Of a DNA stretch of 64,000 nucleotides, positions 37,597-50,493 are shown piece by piece (position 1 is the first letter of the stretch; every line of letters starts with the position of its first letter). A program made the position numbers and the translations under genes. Source of the DNA: Phoronis australis (lineage: Eukaryota; Animalia; Phoronida); contig NMRA01000213.1 of assembly GCA_002633005.1 (NCBI GenBank), forward strand, positions 37,300 through 101,299, read 5' to 3'. Under the pieces are notes generated by a model. That model was not told where the DNA came from and searched no databases. It worked only from the letters and a program-made list of their open reading frames with translations.

Positions 37597-38617
37597 ACAG
37601 TTTTCTCCCCAAACTTACTTCTTCCCTGCAAGTGGTAAAAAAAATCTGACAACAGATTCCAAATGCTCGTTCTCTCTAGATTCTAGAAATGTGGTCATAA
37701 TACGCCCTTTACACTGTAGTAGACATTGCGAGGTGGTACTTTTGCAAGGGATTGTTTAATAGTTTTTTGACGAGCTTTCGCGTCTTTTACACGTAAGGGC
37801 AATGAAATACTGCAGCGCCAACTAGTGAACTAAATTCAATCATCGTGACTTAATGGGGCTATTCGGAAAATCTACAATCACTAGAGGGCGTGCGTGAACT
37901 AGTGGTGATAGATTAACAGCCTCGATTTCGCGAGCCCTTTAAATACATGGTGAAATGGCTTGCAGCCGTGCCAACTGAATCTGAGATTGCGTAAAAAGGG
38001 TGCTTCTATGAGAGGAAGTGAGCACGACCTCATACAAAGGTAAGGCTTGTGATCATTTTAACGATTATTACATGATTATTCTACCGATGCCTGTTAACTG
38101 AGGCACTCGCCGATGTCGACTTCGCGGCAGTCAGTCGCCAGCCAGAGTCTGGTTAATCTTTGTATGTTGTGACATGTGATACGATACTTGACGTAGCAAT
38201 CGGGATCTTTTCGTACATCAAAGCATTATTATTGTTTGGAATGATTTCTAAAAGTTTATCAGTGACAGTTACATCAACCAATGCTGAATATTTATGCTGT
38301 CAACTCGATACAGGTTAATGAGTTAAGATTACAATCCAATCCCAATGGCAAANACAGTTTTCTCCCCAAACTTACTTCTTCCCTGCAAGTGGTAAAAAAA
38401 ATCTGACAACAGATTCCAAATGCTCGTTCTCTCTAGATTCTCGAAATGTGGTCATAATACGCCCTTTACACTGTAGTAGACATTGCGAGGTGGTACTTTT
38501 GCAAGGGATTGTTTAATAGTTTTTTGACGAGCTTTCGCGTCTCATGTGTCTTTTACACGTAAGGGCAATGAAATACTGCCGCGCCAACTGAACTAAATTC
38601 AATCATCGTGACTTAAT
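37597..38617. repeat. ~260-bp near-identical direct duplication (37597-37853 and 38354-38617) joined at a single N, probably an overlap of two haplotypes
   Basis: Near-identical ACAGTTTTCTCCCCAAACTTAC...GACTTAAT blocks; the second begins immediately after the 'n' at 38353. Confidence 0.8.
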
Positions 38618-41600
38618 TGGCTTGCCCACGTCTTCCTCATTACTGTGCCACTTGCTAATGACGCCTCCTATTGCGCAATGTGTCGGGCACGGTAATTGTC
38701 GGTAATTGCACTACTGCATATCGCGGCGTGGCTATATGAAGAGCTTCGTCACAGAAACGGTGCACGGCGTCGCTGTTCGAACCTTAATTCCTGGTCATAC
38801 TGATCGATCAGTTTATATAGCGGTAAGGTGGCGCACTCTCGCATCTAATCCTGCAAGGACGCCCCTCGTTCCTGCTGGTCTGTGTGCGCTAGCTGCATGG
38901 CGGGAGGTATCCCCTTCGAAGTAAAAAGTAGCCAGCCATCTGGTTTAGGAGCTGCCTTCCGGATCTCTTCGGCACGCAAAACATTGACATTAGCCATAAA
39001 GCCTTTCCTTCACACAGCGTGAGAGTATATATAGGGCGTCACGCAGCGGGACCTGCTGTCATTTACCACGTACCTACGCCAAAACAACGAAATCCAAACT
39101 CGTCCGTAATCGTACATCCTGGGGAGGGGGCTCGACGTGCTCTGCCATCCCGGTTTCGAGAGGAGCGTTGGACACAAAAACGGATAGTCCTTAAGCTATC
39201 TGGGTTGTATTTTTATCTATACAAAACGGATTTTTAGGTCACAACATTTCAGACTTTCGACGCAGGGCCCGTACTGTGCTAGTTCTGGAGTGGCCAAGTG
39301 TTGGAAATCAGAAAGCCCACATTTTTGACATCCAAAACTCATGTTCAAAGGATACCAAACTCTGCTTTGACGATCAACCATACCTCGTTCGGTCACCTGC
39401 TAATGCATCATTGGCTTCAATCTTGGCAGCAATTAACTTAAAACTCATCTTTCCTACCTCACAAATTGGATTTTACTAGGCGCCTTGGTAGGTGGTCTTT
39501 TCCCATCGTTGCCGTGTAATTTGCAAAAAGCGTGGGTCACGCTTGCCCGTATAGTAGACTTCGTTCTTTCAAGGATTGTCGAGTGTTACAGAGCATTATT
39601 TTGGGTCAGAGAACTGTACGGCGGAAGTCGTTTTTAGTGGTGTTATTAGGCCAGAGCTAGGTTTGATATCCACAGAAATATTTGACCACACTGCCCCGAA
39701 AGTTATCAACTTTTTTACTAACATACCTTAGTGGTGTACAGAGCGTCAAAGCAATGAGTACGAACAGGCTTACGGGGTAAACCTTCGACTCGCCTGGACC
39801 TACAGTGTACATATACATGTATGAATTCGCTCGCGTACTGGTCATCATTACTAGCACAGTTATGTAACAGTAAGACTGTCATTGTTACTGGCAAAATTAG
39901 GATAGTCATAATTGACCTTTTGTCAGATTATTCAATGGTTTCTCCAAAAATATTTTCAATTAACGAAAACAAAGATATTATTTCGACTTTCGAGTGACAT
40001 TGTTCATTAATTCCTTTAAGAATCTTTACAATTGCCTGCATTTTAGGGTTCGTCGATTAACGTGTCAAGAGATTATTCCGGCACAATCAAGTTCCGGATT
40101 TTGATCAAATGACCTGCACCGTCGCCAGTCATGGTTCTTGCCCTTAAAAGGTATACTGCAACTCCTCATCTATCATTTGAAATCGGATTTTTTAACTCAA
40201 CCCATTCAAACTCTGTTTTGGCGGATAACCGCTGCAACAATTGTTCTGAAATTCGATTTGCTGGTATTAAAATACGTAAAAACTCATAACGAAACGAAAC
40301 CAATTCCGGTAACATGTACGCCACCTCGTGGAAGACCAGTTGATTGAAGGACTGGGGAAAAAGGAATATGGCCAGTACGTGACGAAATTTTGACATGTCG
40401 CCGAAAGCCGATGCAAAAGATCCCACCACAACTGCAGCAGAATAACGGCAGAACGCCAATCGGTCATAAGTTGTCTAAAATTCTGATATAGCCTAGTAAA
40501 ACAAGACATCGCAACAGCTAAGAGCTATTTTTTATCAAAATTTGAATACATAGGCCTCCATGTCATATGTGTAATGCACTGTTTTCTTGAGATAAGTGTG
40601 GGAGTGGGTTTTTGGTTACAGGGTGTCCTGTCTGATCCCCGGGGGTTTCTGTTTTAAAAGTCAGGGTTGGTGTTTTGAGGGCATGTTAGCTGTTTTGAAT
40701 GTGCAGGGCCATGTGTTCGACTCCGGGATATTTGATTTTCACCGGGTTTCCAATTTTGATTTCGATTAGGTGGTGTACTTTCGCATTTTACCGAAAAGAC
40801 AGGTATTCGAAGATTGCAACACAACAAGACCTTTGGACTTTAATAAATTACAACCTGTACGAGCAATGTCTGTTGTGTGTCAGAATGTACTTTGGTGTTA
40901 TTGCAACAATAGGTCTCTTTTCCGGATGGTGGGCGGTGCCATTTCATACATACAAGGAATTGTGCGACTTGCGATTCGATTATCATTGATCTTGTTTTCT
41001 CTTCCCTCCGGTGTACCAATGACTTCCAGTTACACAAACTTGAAATTTTACTGAGGCCCTGCTCAAACATGTCCCGTAAACGAACCACTAAACTGCTTAG
41101 ATGGTAACGTTCCCGCCCAGTGCCCCTACGAAGGAACCAATATAGATGCGAACGCCTAATGACGCGAGAAACAAGACTGTTGATAGGTAAATGTAACTGT
41201 CAGTACTGAGATTCATCAATCAAGGTTTACCAGGACAAAGGAACATTTTCTACATGATCGCATCTATGTATTTCAGTTTTTGCAGTCATATATTACAAAG
41301 CAGGTTGACTTCAGTAATTGAAAACATTGAACAAATCTTGGAAGTTTCTGAAAAGTGAATTTTAGATTACAATTCCGTAGCTATTTTATGGTCCATCACC
41401 AGAAATTCAAAATAAAACTAAAAATGCAACTCTCAGTGGAATTTAACTAAATTTGTCACGTGACTAGTGTCTAAGCCATACGTGAGTGATCCCCATTCTT
41501 TTTTGATTATGTGTTAAACTGTTTGTGTTGCCATAGGCAGCTGTGTTAGAATACTGCCAGGTTGCCCACGTTAGCACCTTAACTAATGCTACGAGGTAAA

Positions 41601-42080
41601 AGACGAAACTGACTTATCATAGAGTAAATATTGATTATGTAATTTGTAGAATCAGTTCCATTGAAGTTGCCCAAAATTTGTGCATGTGCACTTTTAAAAC
41701 CATGGGATCAAACTTTTTACATGTACCTTTAATAGCTACATGTATTTTTAGATGATGTTTATTGTATGGATTCTAGAAATTTACGGCGAAGATTGATCAG
41801 TTTCTCTGCATTCATGCACAACCACAAAGCTAAGCCCACAGTCAACTTCTGACATTGATGAAAGCCTGAGCGAAATGACATTCGGGCGTTGACAGTTTCG
41901 AAGTGCGTTGATACTAAATCGATGTATTTAGTTCGTGTTCTTCCAATTAGTTAATGTTTCGTCCATTTGTGTAGTAACAATAGTACACGCATGTGTGTTC
42001 TTAAGTAGAAAATACGTGTTTTCGTTACATTCGTAATTTAGACTTTTGATATCTGGCAAGGAAGTCAACGACTACAAACG

Positions 42081-43091
42081 ATGGATTCTATGCTCTTAAA
42101 TGAAACCGATGAACTTACAGCTGAAAATCATTCCGAATATTGGTACGTTCAAAACAAGATACCTCCCGCTATGACGTATGTACACATGATCACTGGTTTT
42201 ATCATTTCCGTTGTAACGTGCGTTGGAAATGCACTGGTGTGCCTGCTTTCTTTGAAATACGACTGTATCCAGAAGGAAGACTTCAGTATTATCATTCTGG
42301 GATTGTCTACAACAGACTTAATGGCGGGGATGACCATGCCGATAAATTTTGTAAGAAAACTTATGTTTCCTTTATTTTGGGAACAGATGCCCATGGACCT
42401 GCTGAACACCAAAACTATGTGCTGGGCCTCGATGTACGTGATTCTATTTCCGTTGGCCGTGTCTAACTTGAATGTCTGTATACTGTCGGTAGACCGGTTT
42501 ATCTCCATTCGGTTCTCTTTTCAACACGCCAAGTGGATGACTCGCAAAGTATACAAGACGTTGATCATCGGAACGTATTTCGTATACGTGCCCGTTGCAG
42601 GGGCTCTTCTGTGGATAGCCGCAGATGACGATTATGATCCTTCTTTCACCGTTTGTGTATTCGAGACTGCATTTAAACCTCACGTTGCTCGACAAGTTTA
42701 CGCCACGCTTACAGTTTACTTACCAAGTTTTGTAACCGTGTCTTCTCACGTCTACATTGGCTTAAAAGCGTTCCAGCAACGCAAAAAGATTCACAGCGTT
42801 TCCTCTGATCCAATCGAGGTGAGAAAAGCATCTCAGTGGAAGATAACGAAAAGTATGTTGAAATTTGTGGTGTTCTACGCCATATGCTACCTGCCCACCG
42901 TAACAACGAAAAACGCGATTCCCGAGGACAGAGACCTACCATGGGAAATTCAATCCCTTAAGGTGGTATCGGTGCAGTTAATGGTCGTAAATTCGATGAT
43001 AAACCCTTTCTTTTACGCCTTTTCCCTTCAGCAATACAATGAAGCCTTTCGCAAGTTCTTTCGACAATGCCGCGGCAAAGAAACAGGGTGA
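42081..43091 (+). CDS. Class A (rhodopsin-like) GPCR, intronless, 336 aa, copy 1
   Basis: Seven hydrophobic segments; TM1 GNALV, TM2 L..TDL, TM3 Cys and DRF, ECL2 Cys, TM6 CYLP, TM7 NSMINPFFY, helix 8. Ligand family cannot be assigned. Confidence 0.95.
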   Translation: MDSMLLNETDELTAENHSEYWYVQNKIPPAMTYVHMITGFIISVVTCVGNALVCLLSLKYDCIQKEDFSIIILGLSTTDLMAGMTMPINFVRKLMFPLFWEQMPMDLLNTKTMCWASMYVILFPLAVSNLNVCILSVDRFISIRFSFQHAKWMTRKVYKTLIIGTYFVYVPVAGALLWIAADDDYDPSFTVCVFETAFKPHVARQVYATLTVYLPSFVTVSSHVYIGLKAFQQRKKIHSVSSDPIEVRKASQWKITKSMLKFVVFYAICYLPTVTTKNAIPEDRDLPWEIQSLKVVSVQLMVVNSMINPFFYAFSLQQYNEAFRKFFRQCRGKETG

Positions 43092-44786
43092 CTTTTGTAG
43101 CGTGAAAAATGAACTGCATATCGTTCATCAGAGGATTTACTTTCTCAATTTTGTCGTGAAGTCGAGATTGCACGTGGAGTATTTCAAGCATGTAGTTCAT
43201 GGAAAAGTGGTGCTCTTATAAAAACTGGGGGTTCAAAATAATTCTCAAACTTCATGGAGCTTTCTAGTTAAAAATACAATGCTCACATGTTATAGAAAAT
43301 TATATCTATGCGTTTTCATTGTTACATATAATCTTTTTAATCGTGTTATTTATGCCTCATATGAAGGTTTTTTGGGAAGATGAAAATTTGTACAGTCATT
43401 TTATTGTCTATGAATTACTTAATTTTCTTCCAATATTTGTTTTCCGTTCAAATAACGAAGGCATTGGTAGTCAAAACGGTAAACTTGCAACGCTGGGCGA
43501 GTCTGATGGCTGTGTTGTTTGAGAGTGAATAAAAATCTGAGACATTGTTCCCAGCGTAGTGACGGTAAGAGTGTGCAGTTCAAGCACCAATGCGCTCGCA
43601 TTTTAGTTTTGTATTTAGAAATTTATGTTTCATGTACTTAGCTGTGAATAAAGAGTTTGCACTGCACCTTGTGGGATTGGTTTGACTATGGTCACGAGGT
43701 GGCACTCGTTTCAGTGTTGTTGCCAAGTGGCGCAGCTTCATAGTTGCGCTTGTAGCAAAGAGTACAGTTACATGTATGTAACGAGGTCTGCCCCTTGCCA
43801 TCTTGCACTATTACATAGGGTCAGGGCCTAGGAACGCACTGGGGCTCCTACCAACACGGCTGTTTACGGCAATGAAACAATGATGAAAATTGTGCCTTAC
43901 CACTGAACCACACTTGAACCGCGGTACACTACGTGTATTTATCGGTAGGCCTACCAACAACAGTGCGATAAAAAATAACATTTGTTTGAACACCATCATA
44001 ATGCAAGCCTTTCAAAACATGTTCTTCAAGGAAATGTACACTTGGTTGCTTTGCCTGATCTACGCCACAGGAGTCCTCAGCTTTTGATCGCCCCAATACA
44101 CAACTCGACAAGGCGAATTCCACGGGTGCCGTCCATATCAAACACAAAACTCAATAAAATTACACAAAACAGGGTTTCAACAAACCATTACCAATTATTC
44201 TTTCTTCTAATGCCATTCACGGTGTTCTGCTCTAGCGTGTTCGCAACAAATTCGCGGTCAACGCACAAAAATGTTCCCAAAAACTCCATGCGTACTTCGT
44301 ACTTTGGCGGTTCGAGGTCAAGGACGGTACAGAATTATCCGATGAGTTACTATGGACGGCAATTGCCGGTTCATGACGGAAGGTTCCGAAATGATCTGGC
44401 TAAGTGTAGAGTTATCGATGTCGTGACTTTCCGTGACAACTGGGCAATTTCCACTTTGGTTTTAACAGTAATCTACAAATTTTACAATTTTAAAACCCGA
44501 CACTTTTCCAAAACGTTGAATATTCGAAACACCTGTTGCAGATTTCTTATGTTTGATAAAAAGGGTAGTGTCGTTAACATACTGAAATGTTTTGTTTTCT
44601 TAGTTACCCGTCAGTTCAGCGCATAGAATAGGGTTACAGGTAGGGGATCTCCCTTTGCACTTGGAAGTAACAAAAGGCATGTCCACTATTTAGCGCACAA
44701 GACTGGATATAGACATTTTTAGTGACAAATCTTTCACTAAAATTAAATTAGCATTTGACATTTTTTTAAGAAACACCAATATAAAC

Positions 44787-45778
44787 CATAGGCGGATGTA
44801 GGGGGGGGGCCCCCCCCNNNNNNNNNNNNNNNNNNNNNNNNNNNNNNNNNNNNNNNNNNNNNNNNNNNNNNNNNNNNNNNNNNNNNNNNNNNNNNNNNNN
44901 NNNNNNNNNNNNNNNNNNNNNNNNNNNNNNNNNNNNNNNNNNNNNNNNNNNNNNNNNNCAATTTCAAGTGTCAAATTCGGAACACGGCGCATTCGTAACG
45001 GAACTATGGTTAAGTATAGCCTCTCCCGCGATATCCCAGGCGACCGGCAGTGGCGCTGCGCACTACGACTCAGTTTCCGTCGTCTGCTCCAGTGTGCAAT
45101 GAAGAAAATTTACTTCATTTTTAAAGAAAATGGAACCTGAGTGACGATGACGATGAAAAAACAGAAGCTGTTGGTAAGATGGGAATTTTAATCGAAGCCT
45201 TAGTGAATCACTCAGAAACTCGCAATACTGTCTTGTCAAACCTTATGTTAAGACGATTTCCAAAGCAATCCCGTCATTATTGCCAACACGAAAAACGGAT
45301 TTGGTCTTTTGGGCATTTGAAGACTATTTTAAATACGACAAATTTATTAAGAATCGATGGCAAAAAGCGTGTAATAAGCATTACAAAAAGAAGTAGGTTT
45401 CGCGCGCAAACGCTGTGGACCATAAACAAGTAGATCTCTTAGTTAGTATGAGAGTAGTAGTGAAATCGTGGTGGTGAAGTGCGCTCTATGCGCAAGGTCG
45501 TGAGTTCGAGTCTTACTTTCAGGTTTTCCTGTTTAACACGTTCTCCGTGTTTTGTTTTTGCCTTTTTTTCTTGGATAATACTTCAGGAATCAAGGAAAAT
45601 ACTTGATTTTTAGAGGTAAAAACAGAAAAATTTCCTGGGCGGGAGGGGGGCAAACCCCCCTCCCGACCTCCCCCCATTCGGTGCTATGCGCATCAACAAT
45701 CGTGGTTCAGTTTGCGCAAATGTTTACAGCCGGACAAAATGTTGGGCCCCCCCTTGTGATATCCTAGATCCGCCACTG
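44787..45778 (+). mobile_element. hAT5-like MITE, near-complete ~1-kb copy
   Basis: TSD TAAAC on both sides; the interior is nearly identical to 23920-24751. Confidence 0.88.
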
Positions 45779-46235
45779 TAAACTGCCATGTGCTTTACGA
45801 AATTCCAAAAACGAAACCTTCTAGTGATTATGAGATCAAAAATCTATAATATTTTGAGTTCTGTTCTGTGGTTTGGCCAACATGAATATATTTTGGATTT
45901 TCTCCGAAACTTCATTAAGAGCAATCTTTGTCAAGAGCTTGTAGTCACAACTGACGAAAGAAATTGGTCCACAGATATTCATATCAGACAACTCATCTGT
46001 GTTTTGCTTTCGGGAATTTATTTAACAATACTCTGTATCTGTGAGACACACATTTTTCTTGTTTTACAGAAATAATTAAAACCCTGTAACACGCCTTATT
46101 TAGTAGACTTAGCACTGAGTAAATTTATAGATTAGCCGGTTTTTACCGGGTTTTGTTTCCAATCGACCCACAAGATATTCCTTCTTAGTAACATCATGTT
46201 CTGAAAAAGCCAACTCCTCTTTTGTCAATCTTTTG

Positions 46236-46500
46236 TAATTATCATTATTGTTATTATTGTTGTTGTTATTATTACTACCACATCCACCACCACTGCTACT
46301 GTAATTATTATTATTATTATTATTATTACTATTACTATTACTATTACTATTACTATTATTGTTATTGTTATTGTTATTGTTATTGTTATTATCACCGTTA
46401 TTGTTGTTATTATTTTTATTACTTTACTATTACTATTGTTATTGTTATAAAAACCATTGTTATTATTACTATTATTTTCTTTTCTATTAATATCATTACT
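46236..46500. repeat. Compound (TAT/TGT/TAC)n microsatellite
   Basis: Seen directly; it explains the poly-Tyr/Cys ORF 46222-46509. Confidence 0.95.
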
Positions 46501-46809
46501 GCAAAATAGAAGCTAAAATAACTGGCAATACAAATAATAAGCAACAAAAGATTCCATTTGAAGAAATGCCAATGTTATGATTCTTAAATGAAAAGATTTC
46601 TGCATTGACCTCGGTTGTTTCGAGTCTGTTAGTTTCTTACCTCTACTATTATAGAGCCCTATAATGTGTCTTTTATTGTACAGTAGGTGCATTAAATAAC
46701 ACTTTGAATAAGTTGCACCTTCTTCTGACCACTGTGCACCCATGGAGGGCTTGGAGAGCTCGAAAGAGTCTCCCTCCTATGACGAAGTGGACGAAAAGGT
46801 TCGCCTCAG

Positions 46810-46969
46810 CAGGGGCGGATCCAGGATTTTAAGTTAGGGGGGGGCCCATGGCTGAGTATTAGCCAGGATTTTCCCCGTCAGACATTCGCACTCCCCATCT
46901 GACAAATGTAAACTAGGAGAATTTTAGGGGGGCCATGGCACCCTTGGACCCCCTCTAAGTCCACCACTG
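46810..46969. mobile_element. Short hAT5-like MITE
   Basis: ctcag|CAGGGGCGGATCCAGG...TAAGTCCACCACTG|ctcag, a 5-bp TSD. Confidence 0.8.
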
Positions 46970-48117
46970 CTCAGAAAAACAAGAATTCCGAAAAAAATAT
47001 AAAATGAGTCAAAAGTGCACTAAAAAGGCAGAAAGTACCTAAAGTCGGCGAATGCACACTTCACAGCTGTGAACGTACCCCGTGTGCCCCGTTTTTTAGA
47101 AAAAGGCCCAGATTCTCAAAAATTCGAGCCTCCCTAAATGATTTTTATTTTATTTTGATAGAGTTATCTATCTTTCTTCTTTGCTTCAGTATAAAATGAA
47201 CACGATTCATTTGTCTATAAATGTTCTTAAAGTTTAGTTGCAAGAAAGCACCTTTTCCAAAATCTTTACTCTGCCAAGGTTCCCTGTATATCATCGAGCT
47301 AGAATGGCTTTTTAAGAGATATAATTTTGTGTTGTTACATTTTCAGTTCCAGGGAATATTCTTCAAACTTCTGATCTGCTTTAAACGTCCAGTCTGAGTC
47401 AGACAGCAAACCAGCTTTCTCATTGAAAAAACACCGCATTGCAACGGCGTAACTTGTATAGGGTCTGTTCAAGCTGAGCACATATGTTTGGTCACTCGTA
47501 ATGAGTAGGCTGATCTGCTTTCTAATCAAACATGTTATCTGTAAAATTCGCTCACTATTAATCAATCGTGGCACAGCGGTATTCGTTCTCAAATTGTCGA
47601 GTCACGTCCTCTAATTATTCTAGTAAGAGGACAAAGACCCGGCAATAAAAACAAAGCGGCTAAATTTGCCCTGTATAGCCTCAATTACGTCAAGAAAAAC
47701 AACGCTCTTAGGCTTTACAGAACTAATATTTTTTACTTTTCAAAGTATGAAAGAAAAATACCGTGCACCATTTAAGAAGACGTGAATGGCAGAAACCGAA
47801 TTTATACTTTCAAAATCCATACTAAACTGCTGAAACACGTAGTTCAGTCAGGTCTCTTTTAAGTAAATAATCAGCTAAACCTAAATTGCTTACTGCTCTA
47901 TTTTGTTTGTTACTTTGCATTTTCTAAAAACTATGATAACCGATGATAAGCAGTATTGCCTGGATAGTTTCCGTAGTGCAATTATTTTGAGGGTTTCATT
48001 TTCATAAATAATATTGGGCTTTGCCTACTATTTATTGGGATGCCTCCAATTCAAATTACATGTAGTTGCGTTTATCGCAAATCTGATCCTATATCAAACA
48101 TAAATTGGCCATCACGA

Positions 48118-48190
48118 AACGACTAATGTAATGGTTGTCACATCTGCCTAACACGCGGAAGGTAACCCGTTTCGAAACCCGGCGAAATCA
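48118..48190 (+). pseudogene. Degenerate tRNA-Val(AAC)
   Basis: TAATGTAATGGTTGTCACATCTGC-CTAACAC-GCGGAAGGTAACCCGTTTCGAAACCCGGCGAAATCA followed by a T-run; acceptor stem and T arm are disrupted. Confidence 0.75.
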
Positions 48191-49616
48191 AATTTTTTTA
48201 TTGTTGTAGACGTTTGTGACAAAAAATACCGCTTTGATTATTTGCGCTTTTCACACTGAGCAAGGGAGTCGAAAATCATTATAAACTGTATGTAACCGAG
48301 GACGCCAATCCGCAAGGAGTTACCGGCAGGAAAGGCGAGTGATTATTAGGAGCACCTGTCACCTGGCGTCGGTGACAAAAATACTCAATCGGATGAAAAA
48401 TTTCCCATTCATTCTCTGCATCGGAATGGAATTTGTTTCTTGTAATCAGCCAAGCAGCGCTATGTCACTGATCAAGGTGTTGTAGTTACAATGCCTTCCT
48501 TACTTAAGATTGTGCATTGTCTCTCATTTTCTTTTACTATTTAAAAATGGGAAGAACTTTTAAAAGATCCAGTCACAATTGAAATTCAAATGGAATAAAA
48601 AATGTTTACGAATTCAGGTTAGGAAATATTTACTGGAAATATGCTTCAAAATCTAGAACACGCATGTCAAACGTGGTGCGTACTTTAGCCAGCTTAATCA
48701 TGGCGAGAGAGAGGTGATACACATCGACTGTGTGCATTGCAAACAAAGAAACGAGGAGTCAGTATACCTCGTTCGAATGCAGTCTGATTGGAAGGTTCAG
48801 TGGTCCGCCGCTTGCAATTTCACCCGAGGAACTTAAATGGTTGTAAAACGTCTGATCACCCGTCAAACCTACCCTGTCAAGATGAAAAGATACTTCTGCC
48901 TTCTTAACCTGAGAATGGCGTACTGCAATGACGGAACTATTGGGCACACACAATTCACTGGGGCACTGGTGTTCAGTCAAAATATTATACTTTTTAGTCG
49001 TTAGACGCTTGAAAGCATGCTTTAGAGAACGGTTGGTTTAACAAGCTGGTCTGCTTTCAAATCAAACGACTGACATGGAAATTCCGCATTCCGTTAGCCT
49101 ACAAGATCAAGTGTATGGAGCACAGCGATTGTCGCCGTTCTCAAATTGGCAAGTCACACTAACATAACTGCTGAAATTTCATGTGTATCAGTCGATTGCC
49201 AGGTAACAAGGTTGACGTCAAAAATCGTTAGCACAACTGAGCGGAGGAATTGGTCAAAACTCGTCCACAGACCGAGGAACAAGTTTCTTCATCCGACTCC
49301 GATCCAAGTAGATTCCGGCCGAAAAATTAATGATCAAAGCTGCCAATAAGCTGGCGATTATCAAAGGCGAAGGCAACCTTTTTTCATGTCACTTTTAGCA
49401 AAAATAAGGTTCGTTGATTATCCCAAACACATTTTTCATTTAATTACAGCTTTTCGTATTTTGATTAATTCCTCGTCCTCTACTCCGGAAGTGACGTTTT
49501 GGAAGGCAATTTCTTTTAATTATAGTCTGACTGTGAGAGCTGTCGAGTCAGTCATTGTTCTACCTCGGTTGTGATAAGTTCGGCCGTCGTTTGCTTTTGT
49601 GAACAAGTCAGTCAAC

Positions 49617-49907
49617 ATGCCACGCTGTTGCTGCGTGCCGGGATGTTCTCATTATCGTCTCACGCGCGCTTTGGGTACCTTGCGTCGCTTTCCGAAGGAT
49701 GACACACTTGGCCGTACTTGGCTAGCTCGTTCATGTGAAGTACGTAGCGCTACTCGTCCACGCAACGTACAAAGCAGTGGAGGGTTACCCAGTGTGTGGA
49801 AAGCATTTTCTGTAGTCAAATTTTGTCAGAGATATGTACTCTGAATTGATGAAGGTCCCTGCGAAACAACGCCTGGAGAAGGGTACCATACCGTCGCTGT
49901 TGATTCC
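49617..49907 (+). pseudogene. Decayed THAP zinc-finger, probable DNA-transposon remnant
   Basis: MPRCCCVPGC...RFPKD...WL, then a frameshift, then VCGKHFL*SNFVRDMYSELM...RLEKGTIPS. These are the C2CH THAP hallmarks plus an AVP-like box, with one stop and one frameshift. Confidence 0.75.
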
Positions 49908-50329
49908 AGGCAGTGCCATGTCGCTAACCTTGAGAAGTGCGTTTTTGAAGCGGGAAGCCTCGCGAGCTGTGGCCACTATATACAGTGACTGAAGGCACTT
50001 CATCTACTGTCACCCGTGCCTCCAAAAGTACCCCATTGCGTGCAATTGCGGGAACTAGCAGTTCGTCATCCAATGAACAGATAGGCGAGCCTAAGTTTGA
50101 TTGCCAGAGATGCAAATAGATCCTGGGATGCTTCGTTAAGGTTTAAAGTAGTCCATGATGAACGGATCAAATTTAGTTGCGCATGTAAGTCTTTCGAATG
50201 AACTTGGCAACCTCAAGGGTCTTAGTGTCAACTGAGCTGCGAAACGAGATGCTGACATTGTAGAGGCTTACAAGCTCATTGACACAGCAGTTGACGAAGT
50301 GCAAGCGTTGTGAACAAACATCGAAGATA

Positions 50330-50493
50330 CATAGGCGGATTTAGGGGGGCCAGGGCCCCCCCCCCTTGGCTGCCGCAAAAAAATAAAATAGTAAGAGCGT
50401 AGGGAAATGTTGAGTTTATTAATTAACCCCGGTAATTAAAATTATACGGATGAAAAAAGATTTAAATGTGTGCAGTTTTAGTGTTGGGGGGGG
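50330..50493 (+). mobile_element. 5' end of an hAT5-like MITE running into a gap; a related 3' end lies at ~51590-51731
   Basis: CATAGGCGGATTTAGGGGGGCC..., matching 23026-23184. Confidence 0.8.

Noticed and set aside
40138-40509. Overlapping ORFs with a SAM-like peptide (LIEGLGKKEYGQYVTKF)
   Set aside because: The similarity is too short, stops flank it, and there is no splice support.
43982-44626. 214-aa ORF downstream of GPCR copy 1; also the 175-aa ORF at 21382-21909
   Set aside because: Non-ATG starts and no recognisable domain. The first has no counterpart after copy 2; the second overlaps the decayed LINE.
46222-46509. Tyr/Cys-rich ORF; also the hydrophobic ORF at 60074-60334
   Set aside because: These are translations of TAT-type microsatellite or AT-rich low-complexity DNA.
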